From IMG/VR virus record IMGVR_UViG_3300021420_000014: DNA of 64,000 bases, one strand, 5' to 3'. Below, one piece after another: positions 1-8,961 of the stretch. Origin of the DNA: a virus. The notes under the pieces were generated by a model. The model searched no databases. It had not been told where the DNA came from and saw nothing but the letters and a program-made list of their open reading frames with translations. The position numbers and the translations under genes were made by a program. Each line of letters starts with the position of its first letter. Position 1 is the first letter of the stretch.

Positions 1-54
1 GCGCGGTTGTGCCGGGCAAGGCTAGGCGGGGTTCGGCACGGCATGGTTTGGGTG
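1..54 (+). repeat. GGY-NN period-5 tract (putative guide-like ncRNA, 5' part outside window)
   Basis: ggtTG tgcCG ggcAA ggcTA ggcGG ggtTC ggcAC ggcAT ggtTT gggTG, running into a terminator. Confidence 0.75.
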
Positions 55-85
55 AGGCGAGAGGATTTCCTCTCGCCTTTTTTTT
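55..85 (+). terminator. intrinsic terminator
   Basis: AGGCGAGAGG-attt-CCTCTCGCCT followed by T run. Confidence 0.9.
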
Positions 86-271
86 AAATGTTATGAGTCT
101 TGAGCAGATAGCCGAGAACTTGGCGCGAGCTCTAGGCCATGCGCCAGTCTGTAGAATTCTAGATGGTCCTAATTGCAACTGTGGCGCAGCGAGGCTCCAA
201 GCAAAGGCACTGGCGGATTACGAAGACCACAAACGGAAACAACAGGCGAAAGAGGTCACAGCGGATTCCCA

Positions 272-673
272 ATGAGCGATCAAGGCAGCTTCGAAGTACT
301 GCAACAAAAAAGCAAGAGGCACGAGTTGGAAGATAATCTATTTGCCGAATTCAAGCTCTACGGCCTTCCGACCCCGGAACGCCAGTATATTTTCCATCCT
401 ACGCGCAAGTGGCGACTGGATTTTGCTTGGCCAGACCGTAGGATAGCAGTAGAAGTAAACGGCGGAATCTACATGAATAAAAATAATCCAACCAACCCGG
501 GAGGCCACAACCGCGGTGCATACATGGAACTAAGCTACGAGAAGATTAATGAGGCGCAGCGACTTGGCTGGAAGGTGTTTATGTTTGGCCCATCACAATG
601 CCGCGGACGAAAGCGCACGAATGAATCCAGCGCGGCGTTAGCTTTTATGCACAACGTCTTGCTATCAAAGTGA
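272..673 (+). CDS. PD-(D/E)xK endonuclease (DUF559/Vsr-like)
   Basis: FHPTRKWRLDFAWPDRRIAVEVNGG and KINEAQRLGWKV motifs. Confidence 0.75.
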   Translation: MSDQGSFEVLQQKSKRHELEDNLFAEFKLYGLPTPERQYIFHPTRKWRLDFAWPDRRIAVEVNGGIYMNKNNPTNPGGHNRGAYMELSYEKINEAQRLGWKVFMFGPSQCRGRKRTNESSAALAFMHNVLLSK

Positions 674-685
674 AAGGACATTCCA

Positions 686-871
686 ATGGAGCTAAATGAA
701 CTCAAGCCAGGAGATGTCGTGTATCTCAATAGCGGATCTCCCGCACTGACCGTCGAGAAAATAACCGATGAAGGTTTAGTAAAAGTGACCTACTTCAATG
801 GTGGTCAGCAGTACGCATTCTTCTGGCCGTCTAATCTTACGGCAAATAAAGCAGCTCACGGGCAACGCTAA
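686..871 (+). CDS. YodC/DUF2158 family small protein
   Basis: KPGDVVYLNSGSPALTV. Confidence 0.7.
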   Translation: MELNELKPGDVVYLNSGSPALTVEKITDEGLVKVTYFNGGQQYAFFWPSNLTANKAAHGQR

Positions 872-998
872 TGAGCCAGGCAAAGTGCAAATCCATTTCC
901 GGCCAGCACAAGTTCAGCCGTGAGATCATTTTTGATCGCGACGGTAACCGATGGCAGCGATGCATTCACTGCCCGAAGAAAAAGAAGGCCACTCAAAA

Positions 999-1970
999 AT
1001 GACGCAGAAACGAATACTTGTTGCCGGTGGTGGTGGTTTCATCGGTCATTGGCTTATAAAGCGTCTTAAAGCTGACGGTCATTGGGTCGCCGGCGCGGAT
1101 ATCAAGCGGCCAGAGTTCGAAGGTAGCCCAGCCGATTACTTTCACCTGTTCGATTTGCGCGAATATCGCCATTGCGAATTCGTGACTAAGGGCATGGACG
1201 AGGTCTATCAGCTCGCCGCAAATATGGGTGGCATAGCGTGGATCACATCCCATCTTGCTGATGTAGCCCGTGATAACGTCCTCATTAATGTGAACATGCT
1301 CGAGGCCGCTCGACAAAATAATGTGAAACGGTATCTCTACACCTCATCGGCTTGCGTGTATCCAAAATGGAGACAGACCAAGACCAAGATCACGCCGCTG
1401 CGAGAAACAGATGTTTCTCCGGCTGACCCGGAAGATGGGTACGGGTGGGAAAAATTATTCTCAGAACAGATGGCTGCGTATTACCGGAAAGACCACGGGC
1501 TCAATGTCAGGATCGTGCGCCTTCACAACGTCTACGGACCTTTGGGAACCTATGACGGTGGCCGCGAAAAATCTCCGGCCGCGATCTGCAGAAAAGTCGC
1601 GCTAGCTAAAGACGGCGATGAGATTGAAATTTGGGGAGACGGAAAACAAACTCGGACATACTTATATATCTCCGATGCAATCGAAGGTCTCGTCCGGATC
1701 ATGAATGCTGGCTACGTTCATCCGTTGAATCTTGGAACGGCCGAGCTCGTAACGATCGATGGGCTCGTAGATCTTGTGGCAGGCATCGCGGGCAAGTCCA
1801 TCCAAAAAATACATGACACATCCAAGCCTGAGGGAGTGCGAGGGAGAAGTAGCGACAATCTGCGATTGCGCCGAGCCATCTGCTGGGAGCCGCAAGTAAA
1901 ATTAGTGGATGGGCTCAAAGAGACGTATGCTTGGATTGCATCACAGGTCTCTCAAAGGGTGTCCGCATGA
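999..1970 (+). CDS. NAD-dependent sugar epimerase, GDP-mannose 3',5'-epimerase-like
   Basis: GGGGFIG Rossmann motif, LAANMGG, SSACVYP, YGWEK (YxxxK), GREKSPAAICRK. Confidence 0.9.
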   Translation: MTQKRILVAGGGGFIGHWLIKRLKADGHWVAGADIKRPEFEGSPADYFHLFDLREYRHCEFVTKGMDEVYQLAANMGGIAWITSHLADVARDNVLINVNMLEAARQNNVKRYLYTSSACVYPKWRQTKTKITPLRETDVSPADPEDGYGWEKLFSEQMAAYYRKDHGLNVRIVRLHNVYGPLGTYDGGREKSPAAICRKVALAKDGDEIEIWGDGKQTRTYLYISDAIEGLVRIMNAGYVHPLNLGTAELVTIDGLVDLVAGIAGKSIQKIHDTSKPEGVRGRSSDNLRLRRAICWEPQVKLVDGLKETYAWIASQVSQRVSA

Positions 1971-2266
1971 ACGTGCCACAACCCGATAAAACTTCGTATT
2001 TGGTGCGAGTGGCGATAGCTTTTGATGAAGGCGTTAATGTGCTCTGCTTTGGTAACCTCGACGAAACCATATCCGCGAGAGCTGGCCGCGCCGCGTTACA
2101 TGGCAAACTGTGGGGCAAGATTCTTGCTGGTGCGCTCGGATTCTTCTTCAAGAATCACTGTCAACTAGCGGAGTTGCATGATGAACAGCGAGCGGAATAC
2201 ATCGCATGGCTTGAAAAGCAATCTGATCCTGCCGCACACAAAGTTGCAAGGATGTTAATACGTTGA
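1967..2266 (+). CDS. conserved phage hypothetical protein
   Basis: DETISARAGR motif; translational coupling with neighbours. Confidence 0.55.
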   Translation: MNVPQPDKTSYLVRVAIAFDEGVNVLCFGNLDETISARAGRAALHGKLWGKILAGALGFFFKNHCQLAELHDEQRAEYIAWLEKQSDPAAHKVARMLIR

Positions 2267-2739
2267 GCCGGCACGGTCGTGCCACGATTCCCATAGGCCA
2301 ATACAAAGGCAGTAAGGTAGCTGCACTACCAGACCAATATTTACTTTGGCTTCTTGAATCCGTCTATGCCAGCAGTCCGAAATGGCATTGGCTTATAGAA
2401 AGTGTCAAAGCAGAACTGCGCCATCGAGGCTTTCATCCAGACAATGTTGTGCCGGAACCGCCACCTACGTTCAGGATACGGTGCACAAATTGCGCCCAGC
2501 TTTTCGAATCAACCTACCAGCGTCCTGTTTGCGACTCATGCAAGGCTATTATCAGAAGCGGACTTACGACGATCGGTGCTACGCAAAAATGTGTTCACTG
2601 CGGTCACTATCTGCATCCGGATGTGGATTGCAGAGCCCTGGATGCAGCCGGCGATGTTTGTAATTGCTCTAATTCTGAGCCGATTGGCCTGCCCAAAGTG
2701 GCAGACTTTGTGAAGCCGCGGCGTGTGATTTTGCTCTAA
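2263..2739 (+). CDS. DUF3820-like N-domain plus Zn-finger motifs; PRR tail
   Basis: IGQYKGSKVAALPDQYLLWL; several CxxC; ends VKPRRVILL. Confidence 0.6.
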   Translation: MSRHGRATIPIGQYKGSKVAALPDQYLLWLLESVYASSPKWHWLIESVKAELRHRGFHPDNVVPEPPPTFRIRCTNCAQLFESTYQRPVCDSCKAIIRSGLTTIGATQKCVHCGHYLHPDVDCRALDAAGDVCNCSNSEPIGLPKVADFVKPRRVILL

Positions 2740-2967
2740 TAACATTGGCATTATTTGACTTATCTTATGGTTTACCCATACACTCCAGTTACATGTCTGG
2801 TAATAACGGCCCCAAGCCGCTTTTCTCTGCGGAAGACCGCAAAAAAATTATCAATCTTTTATTGTCCGAAAGTATCAACGCAGCGGCGATCGGCAAACGC
2901 TTCGGTGTTTCTGCTCAGACCATTCGGCGCATCCACTGGGAATATCTTTTAACCAACGACAAGCGCA

Positions 2968-3624
2968 TTGCAGATAACGGAGATGTTCGAAATGGCAGCC
3001 AAAAACGCAAATGATTCATTGCTCTCTGACATTGATTTTGAGCCCATCGAGGATATTAAGCCGGACAGAAACAATCCCAACAGGCATACGCCGCGCGGCA
3101 AAAAACTTTTGAAGTCTTCACTCAAAAAGTTTGGGGCCGGCCGATCGATATTGCTCGATGCTGAGAATCGCGTGATCTCCGGGAATGCCACCTTTGAGCA
3201 GGCCAGACAGTTGGGCTACAAAAAAGTCATGGTGGTGGACTCTGATGGCGATACGCTGGTTGCCGTACGTCGGAAAGATCTCAATCTTGAAGGTGACGAC
3301 AAGAAGGCTAGAGAACTGGCAGCCCATGACAACAGAGTTGGGCAGGTTGACCTGGAATGGGACACCGACATCTTGAAGAGTACGGACGTCGACCTAACGG
3401 AACTATTTGAACCAATCGAGTTGGACAATCTTCTGAACGACGGCAAGGGCAGAAAGCGAATCGACAAAATCGATCTGCAGCCTCCTCCCAAGATGATTTG
3501 GATCCTTTTGGGCGTTCCATTCAATCGTTTCGATGAAATTCAGCCACACTATCAGGCACTCGAAGCTATCAGCGATATCAGTGTTCAGCAGGCAAGGAAC
3601 GCAGAGGAAGAAAAGAAATCTTGA
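2968..3624 (+). CDS. ParB/Srx N-terminal domain protein
   Basis: IKPDRNNPNRH, SLKKFG, ISGNAT, DNRVGQ; start uncertain. Confidence 0.75.
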   Translation: MQITEMFEMAAKNANDSLLSDIDFEPIEDIKPDRNNPNRHTPRGKKLLKSSLKKFGAGRSILLDAENRVISGNATFEQARQLGYKKVMVVDSDGDTLVAVRRKDLNLEGDDKKARELAAHDNRVGQVDLEWDTDILKSTDVDLTELFEPIELDNLLNDGKGRKRIDKIDLQPPPKMIWILLGVPFNRFDEIQPHYQALEAISDISVQQARNAEEEKKS

Positions 3625-3923
3625 GCGTATATGTCGATGCATCGCTTTATCCACTTGGTCGCATGATCATGTGTCATTTGTTTGCTGACACTACGGACGA
3701 GCTCAATCGGATGGCAGATGCGATCGGCATCGCCCGCAAGTGGATACAGTATCCCGGTACGCCGAAAGAACATTTCGATATTTCTAAGTCTAAGCGGGCC
3801 TTGGCCATCATGAATGGCGCAATCGAATTAACTTCCGCACGCTCATTGATCGCCATTATTCGCAGGAAAGCTAAGGCATACTCCCTTCCGTCCGAAGTAA
3901 CCTTGCCAATCAGCGGTTATTAA
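3621..3923 (+). CDS. DUF4031 family protein
   Basis: VYVD...MCHLFADTTDEL...HFDISKSKRALAI..GA. Confidence 0.8.
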   Translation: MSVYVDASLYPLGRMIMCHLFADTTDELNRMADAIGIARKWIQYPGTPKEHFDISKSKRALAIMNGAIELTSARSLIAIIRRKAKAYSLPSEVTLPISGY

Positions 3924-3926
3924 TAG

Positions 3927-3955
3927 TTGACATATCGTACCTACTAAGCTATAAT
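3927..3955 (+). promoter_or_regulatory. sigma70 consensus promoter
   Basis: TTGACA-N17-TATAAT, followed by hairpin TGTTAGTGC/GCACTAACA. Confidence 0.9.
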
Positions 3956-4010
3956 GTTGCTGTTAGTGCAAGACCGATCTAAGCACTAACAAAACTGAGA
4001 GGGAGTTCTA

Positions 4011-4340
4011 ATGGGCAATCAAACTACGGTGATCATTCGTAACGATGCAATTGGTGATATCCGCAGAAACCCAGAGGAATTCGTCAAGACGCTCGCAGAA
4101 ATGATTGAGCACGGAAGAACTGGAGACTTTGCCGTATTCAGTCACGGCAACCCCGCGCAGGTTATCGAAACTCATCATGCTGACTACACTGTGATCGTCG
4201 CGGCTGGCGGCAACACCGCGCGTGTGATTGGCCATGTTTACAAGTGGCATTGGCCAGACAAAATCGCGATGGTGAAGGACGTCATTTCAAGTATTCATGA
4301 ATGGCTCGCTGGCCAAATGGACAAAAATGCCACAGCATAA
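4011..4340 (+). CDS. hypothetical protein
   Basis: GAGAGGGAG RBS, first gene after promoter. Confidence 0.6.
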   Translation: MGNQTTVIIRNDAIGDIRRNPEEFVKTLAEMIEHGRTGDFAVFSHGNPAQVIETHHADYTVIVAAGGNTARVIGHVYKWHWPDKIAMVKDVISSIHEWLAGQMDKNATA

Positions 4341-4959
4341 GTCAGTACCGTGCCCTGCCTGCTATGGCCGCGGCAACCTTGGATGCTGGTTATGCAGTGG
4401 AAGCGGCCGTCATGTCACGCAAGCGGATCACAAATACGTTAACGGTTGGGCAGTCATCGGTTACGCTCTTGCGCTGCTCATCATCGTAGCTGCCGTAGTT
4501 ATTTATTTGCCGCTGATGGGAGATTGGTTGATTCAACGGTAGTGCCGACCGCGAACGGCGCAAGGGAGAATCGACGTGAATCCTGGCGTGATCATGACTC
4601 TGGTGTGGATGCTGCTAGGGTTGCTGTGGGTATGGATGCAAGACCGAAAAGAGATGCGGAAGCACGTTCCTTACGGCAACATGCCGAGTATCTTCAGCTT
4701 GAAACAAATCCGGACCATGCTGTACACAATGGGAATGATGGTCTGTGCGCCGCTCGCAATTATCGGGCCACCATTGCAAATTTATATTACGATTCGACGG
4801 GCACTCTTGGTCAGAGAACTCAAGAAGCTGCGCCGCGACACCACAAACGGGCGCTGGATGTACGTTAACATGAGGCGCTTTATGCTACGGGATAAGAAGG
4901 CCAAATAACGGCAGCGATTAGCCGCAAATAAATCGCAAAACCAAAAGGGAGAATCAAAA

Positions 4960-6546
4960 ATGCAAACTTCGTTTTTAGAGCGTTTTCGTGCTGCTCGTAG
5001 AGTTAGTACCCCGCTCATTGCAATTCGCACGGCGGATCCTGCCGCAACGGTCGCCGATATCGCCAGAGATAAGGCTCAGGTTGCGGCCATGATCCTGTGG
5101 GATTCCGTCTCAGGCATAGTGGGCGTCAACGAACCGGACGGTAAAAACGTCGTCCGGCAACTGGTAAAACCAAACCGTGACCGTGATAACGATGAAGATC
5201 GTCTGGAAGATCCTTTGGCTTTCCTTGTGAAGATAGCTGCGAAGGAAGCAACCCCGAGAGGCACTATAATCTTTGCATACAACCTGAATCTCTTCTTTAA
5301 CGATCATCGCGTCATACAGGCGGTTTGGAACCTTCGCGATAAACTCAAACAGGAAAATAAGACTTTGGTCCTGCTTTGCCCGTCCATCACTTTGCCTCCG
5401 CAGCTGGCGCAAGATGTATTGATTCTGGACGAACCACTTCCGGACGCGGCTGGCCTGGCAGCTATTGTGGGCGAAATGTATTTGGCAGGAAATCTTCCAT
5501 CGCCGAAACAGGAAATCCTTGAACGTGCCGTCGAAGCACTCTCCGGCCTCGCAGCTTTTCCCGCAGAGCAGGTTACGGCCATGAGCATCACCGAAAAGGG
5601 CCTTGATATTGAAAGCTTATGGGAACGCAAACGCCAGCAAATCGAAATGACGCCTGGCCTGAGCATCTGGCGCGGCAAGGATGACTTCAAGAGCGTTGTC
5701 GGGCTCGATAACGCCAAGGAATTTCATCGCCGTCGCGGCATGGGGCCTTTGCGGCGTCGCACCATCGTATTCATTGACGAGATCGACAAGCATATGTCCA
5801 ATTTTGGCGCGATCGGCACCGGAGATACCACAACCGAAATGGTTGGCACTCTTCTGACAGACATGGAAGAAACCGAAGCAGAAGGGAGTGCGTTCCTCGG
5901 CGTCGCTGGAGCCGGCAAAACATTACTTGCTAAAGCGATTGCCAATGAGTGGGGGGTCCCGTTGATCTTCTTCGATCTGGCCGGCATGAAAGCTTCGCAC
6001 GTCGGCCAATCGGGCGAGAACATTCGCAATGCCCTGAAGGTGGTCCATGCCGTAAGTCAGGATCAGGTGTACTACATCTGTACGTGTAATAGATTCGATT
6101 CGTTGCCGCCGGAGATGCGACGCAGGTTTAGATCTGGCACGTTCTTTTTCGATCTGCCGACCAAACCGGAAAAAGAGGCGGCTTGGAAAATCTACCAGGA
6201 GAAATACAAGATAGAGGGACCGCGGCCAGACGATTTAGGCTGGACCGCTGCAGAAATCCGCAATTGCTGCTATAACGCGCATGTCTTGGCATGTCCGCTA
6301 GTGGACGCGGCCAAGTATATCGTGCCCATTTCCGTTTCCTCTGCGGATAAGATCAAGGATCTTAGACGACAGGCAGATGGAAACTTTATTTCTGCCACCT
6401 ACTCCGGTCTATATCATGCGCCGGAAGGTATCGAACCTGAGCCAGTACCAGATATGGTTGTAGCGATCGGAGTCATTCCAGCCAAGCCGAGACGCAAGAT
6501 CATGCCTGAACCTGGTAACGGCGGCAAAAAAGAGCAGGTGAATTAA
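4960..6546 (+). CDS. Ycf46-like AAA+ ATPase with permuted Walker A/B order
   Basis: IVFIDEIDK, GVAGAGKT, CTCN sensor, LPPEMRRR, FFFDLP, GWTAAEI. Confidence 0.85.
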   Translation: MQTSFLERFRAARRVSTPLIAIRTADPAATVADIARDKAQVAAMILWDSVSGIVGVNEPDGKNVVRQLVKPNRDRDNDEDRLEDPLAFLVKIAAKEATPRGTIIFAYNLNLFFNDHRVIQAVWNLRDKLKQENKTLVLLCPSITLPPQLAQDVLILDEPLPDAAGLAAIVGEMYLAGNLPSPKQEILERAVEALSGLAAFPAEQVTAMSITEKGLDIESLWERKRQQIEMTPGLSIWRGKDDFKSVVGLDNAKEFHRRRGMGPLRRRTIVFIDEIDKHMSNFGAIGTGDTTTEMVGTLLTDMEETEAEGSAFLGVAGAGKTLLAKAIANEWGVPLIFFDLAGMKASHVGQSGENIRNALKVVHAVSQDQVYYICTCNRFDSLPPEMRRRFRSGTFFFDLPTKPEKEAAWKIYQEKYKIEGPRPDDLGWTAAEIRNCCYNAHVLACPLVDAAKYIVPISVSSADKIKDLRRQADGNFISATYSGLYHAPEGIEPEPVPDMVVAIGVIPAKPRRKIMPEPGNGGKKEQVN

Positions 6547-6842
6547 TGGCGCGCGCGTTCCTTCATCAATGGGAAGTTCGGAGCCATACAGGTGATGATG
6601 TTTATAAGGTGACCGAGTACTTAGACGGCACATGGGCCTGCGCATGTCCACGGTGGAAGTTTTGCAAAGCCCCAAAACTGGATTGTAAACATATCCTTGG
6701 CGTCAAGGCCGAAGAACCACATCAGGCAATGCCGATCACGCAGATGCAGGAACAGGCACGGCGACAGATGATACGGCCACCTGAGCCTACATCGCATCCC
6801 GTGTTTGTTTTGCAAACTCGTCGTGTCATTCAATTGGGTTGA
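6546..6842 (+). CDS. SWIM zinc-finger protein, tagged tail
   Basis: WACACP...CKHI; ends TRRVIQLG. Confidence 0.75.
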   Translation: MARAFLHQWEVRSHTGDDVYKVTEYLDGTWACACPRWKFCKAPKLDCKHILGVKAEEPHQAMPITQMQEQARRQMIRPPEPTSHPVFVLQTRRVIQLG

Positions 6843-6848
6843 CCAAAA

Positions 6849-7229
6849 ATGATTACAAAAGCGTGGAGGTATCCGAACGGCACGATTGAATTTGGTATTG
6901 TAACTCTTCGTGGCCCAGCCAATTTAGTTCGCGCTAACCAAGATGGTACTTGGCAATGCGATTGCTCAGGCGATCCACCAAAAATCTGGACACCGACCGC
7001 AAAGTTCGGTCCAGGTCATCCTTGGATAAAGCCGGCGTGTGAACACATTGCGGAGGCGTTTGTGCATCACCGGAAAGGAGAAGGCAGGAGAGAACAACTC
7101 ACAGCGGAAGCTAAGCACAGCGCGGAAGTAAAGAAACAGTATGACGAGGAAATGAAGATCAGACGTGAAAAAGACGACACACCGATGGCGGAATTACGGC
7201 CAAGAAGAAAAATCACATTCGACAAATGA
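6849..7229 (+). CDS. SWIM-like zinc-finger protein, tagged tail
   Basis: WQCDC...CEHI; ends LRPRRKITFDK. Confidence 0.65.
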   Translation: MITKAWRYPNGTIEFGIVTLRGPANLVRANQDGTWQCDCSGDPPKIWTPTAKFGPGHPWIKPACEHIAEAFVHHRKGEGRREQLTAEAKHSAEVKKQYDEEMKIRREKDDTPMAELRPRRKITFDK

Positions 7230-7245
7230 AAGAGAGGGTAGCTAT

Positions 7246-7650
7246 ACGAGTCACACCTCGGACATAGAATTAGAAGTCACGGACATCAACTGCCTAGAGG
7301 ATGCCGTAAAAAGCATCCCTGGGCTGGAATTCCTGCGCGGCCAAAAAACGTTCAAGCAGTTTGGTGGCCAGCAAGGTCGCTGCGATCATGCAATTCGCGT
7401 AGCAAATAACAGCCGTGCGTTTGAAATAGGGGTCTCCGAGACAGGCAGGCCTGGTCGCCACAGATTGCAAACCGATTTTTATGGTGGCGGTTACGGGCTC
7501 GAAGAACTTGTTGGTCCAAACGCTAACAAACTGAAGCAAGCATACACCGTCGCCTATTCCAAGAAGCAATGGAAGAAGAAAGGCTTCAAGGTTCGAACAA
7601 CGGTCGACGCGCAAGGCTTTATCGACGTCATAGCCACGCGACGAACATAA
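7246..7650 (+). CDS. DUF1257/Ycf35-like protein (probable ACG start)
   Basis: SHTSDIELEVTD..CL..A, FEIGV, KLKQAY, GFKV; RBS GAGAGGG 7 nt before ACG. Confidence 0.7.
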   Translation, partial: TSHTSDIELEVTDINCLEDAVKSIPGLEFLRGQKTFKQFGGQQGRCDHAIRVANNSRAFEIGVSETGRPGRHRLQTDFYGGGYGLEELVGPNANKLKQAYTVAYSKKQWKKKGFKVRTTVDAQGFIDVIATRRT

Positions 7651-7668
7651 GTTGCGAGGTGACTTAAG

Positions 7669-8052
7669 TTGGTCTACACAATTTCTCCGCTTGAGTTCGG
7701 CGAACGCCGCGATATCCGCGGGAGACGCATTCCTATCTATGTAGATGCCGATGGGCAGATAGGATGGACGCTTTGTAGCGGTGGAGCAGCGTTTCGTGTT
7801 TTGCGCACTGCCGATCACATGTGGATTTGCAATTGTCCGAACGGACAGGTGAACGGTCGTCGAATAGTTGGCGATCCAGTATGCGATCACATAACGACGG
7901 TTCCTCAGAGTCCTGCGTACGCAAATAGTGAATATCTAAATCAGCTCGACGGTCTGATTCGAACTGAACAACAGATCGTCTCTCGAAATGAGGCACGAAA
8001 GGAACGAGAAGAATACGTTCTACGGCCACGACGAATAATAAATCTCAAATAA
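7669..8052 (+). CDS. SWIM-like zinc-finger protein, tagged tail
   Basis: WICNCP...CDHI; ends LRPRRIINLK. Confidence 0.65.
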   Translation: MVYTISPLEFGERRDIRGRRIPIYVDADGQIGWTLCSGGAAFRVLRTADHMWICNCPNGQVNGRRIVGDPVCDHITTVPQSPAYANSEYLNQLDGLIRTEQQIVSRNEARKEREEYVLRPRRIINLK

Positions 8053-8061
8053 GGAGATCAC

Positions 8062-8256
8062 ATGGCAGAGGAAATCGTACGAATCCGCGTTTCGCCCGAA
8101 GGCAACGCGACTATCAGCGTCAAGGGCGTGAAGGGAAGATCATGCAAGGAACTCACAAAGACTTTTGAAGAAGGCCTTGGAAAGGTGGTGAGCAGTGAAA
8201 ACACAAGCGAAATGTATGAAAAAGAAACAGAGGTTCAGATTAAGAATAGGGCCTGA
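8062..8256 (+). CDS. DUF2997 family protein
   Basis: ISVKGVKGRSCKELTKTFEEGLG..TSEMY; GGAG RBS. Confidence 0.8.
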   Translation: MAEEIVRIRVSPEGNATISVKGVKGRSCKELTKTFEEGLGKVVSSENTSEMYEKETEVQIKNRA

Positions 8257-8283
8257 CGCGGATGCCTACTAAGCCAGTATTAG

Positions 8284-8595
8284 TTTGTTGACCTTAGACC
8301 AAAACGCTGCGACGAACTCATCCAAGGTTACCTAACGGCTGTTGGCCATACCTGCGATACGCCATTGTGCATTCAGCCTGAGCACCTTATTGAAGGTACT
8401 CAGAAGGAAAATATACATGATTGTGTAGTACGCGGGCGGGCCAGGAACGGCAACATTAAATTAACTCCAGAGAAGTGGGACGCAATTAGAAAATCGACAA
8501 AATCTCACACAGCCATAGCCAAAGAATACGGAATCAGTCGTCACCAAGTCGGCAGAATAAAGCGAGGAGAAAGCGGGAGGGTTTATAACCCATGA
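8284..8595 (+). pseudogene. degenerate HNH homing endonuclease with C-terminal HTH
   Basis: HTCDTPLCIQPEHLIEGTQKENIHD; in-frame TAG at 8281 and no start upstream of the HNH core. Confidence 0.6.
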
Positions 8596-8864
8596 CTACG
8601 TATCGTATGCGCATCGCTCCGAATGGAAAGATCTTTGCACTCTACGATGACATCTTGGCCGATCTATTCCCTGACAGCCAAATGACTATCAAGCGGGCTA
8701 GCTTCGTTGAGCCCACGCCATCCGGCCGATGGATTGCAGACATGTCGCCAGCGGTCAAGCGATTCAACTTGAACGTCGATAACCCGATATTAGGACCTTT
8801 CACCACTAGATCGGCAGCGCTAGCTGCCGAACATAAGTGGTTGTTAGCCAAGTTGTTTACATGA
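8592..8864 (+). CDS. conserved hypothetical of AAA/DUF1257/DUF2997 clusters
   Basis: IKRASFVEP..GRWIADMSP...LGPF..RSAALAAE. Confidence 0.65.
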   Translation: MTTYRMRIAPNGKIFALYDDILADLFPDSQMTIKRASFVEPTPSGRWIADMSPAVKRFNLNVDNPILGPFTTRSAALAAEHKWLLAKLFT

Positions 8865-8961
8865 TTTCGCGTGAGCGAAACGGCGGACACAACCAAATCC
8901 GATCTGAAGCCCAGGCCCCAAGGTAGTGTCCGCCGATTTGAAGCAAAAGGGAGAATCAAAA

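Noticed and set aside
9-92. N-terminal extension of ORF 9-275
   Set aside because: Overlaps the GGY-NN tract and terminator; a real start is more likely ATG 93.
8254-8283. In-frame TAG upstream of the HNH as a second suppression target
   Set aside because: A TGA lies nine codons further upstream with no start between; it looks like decay with a frameshift.
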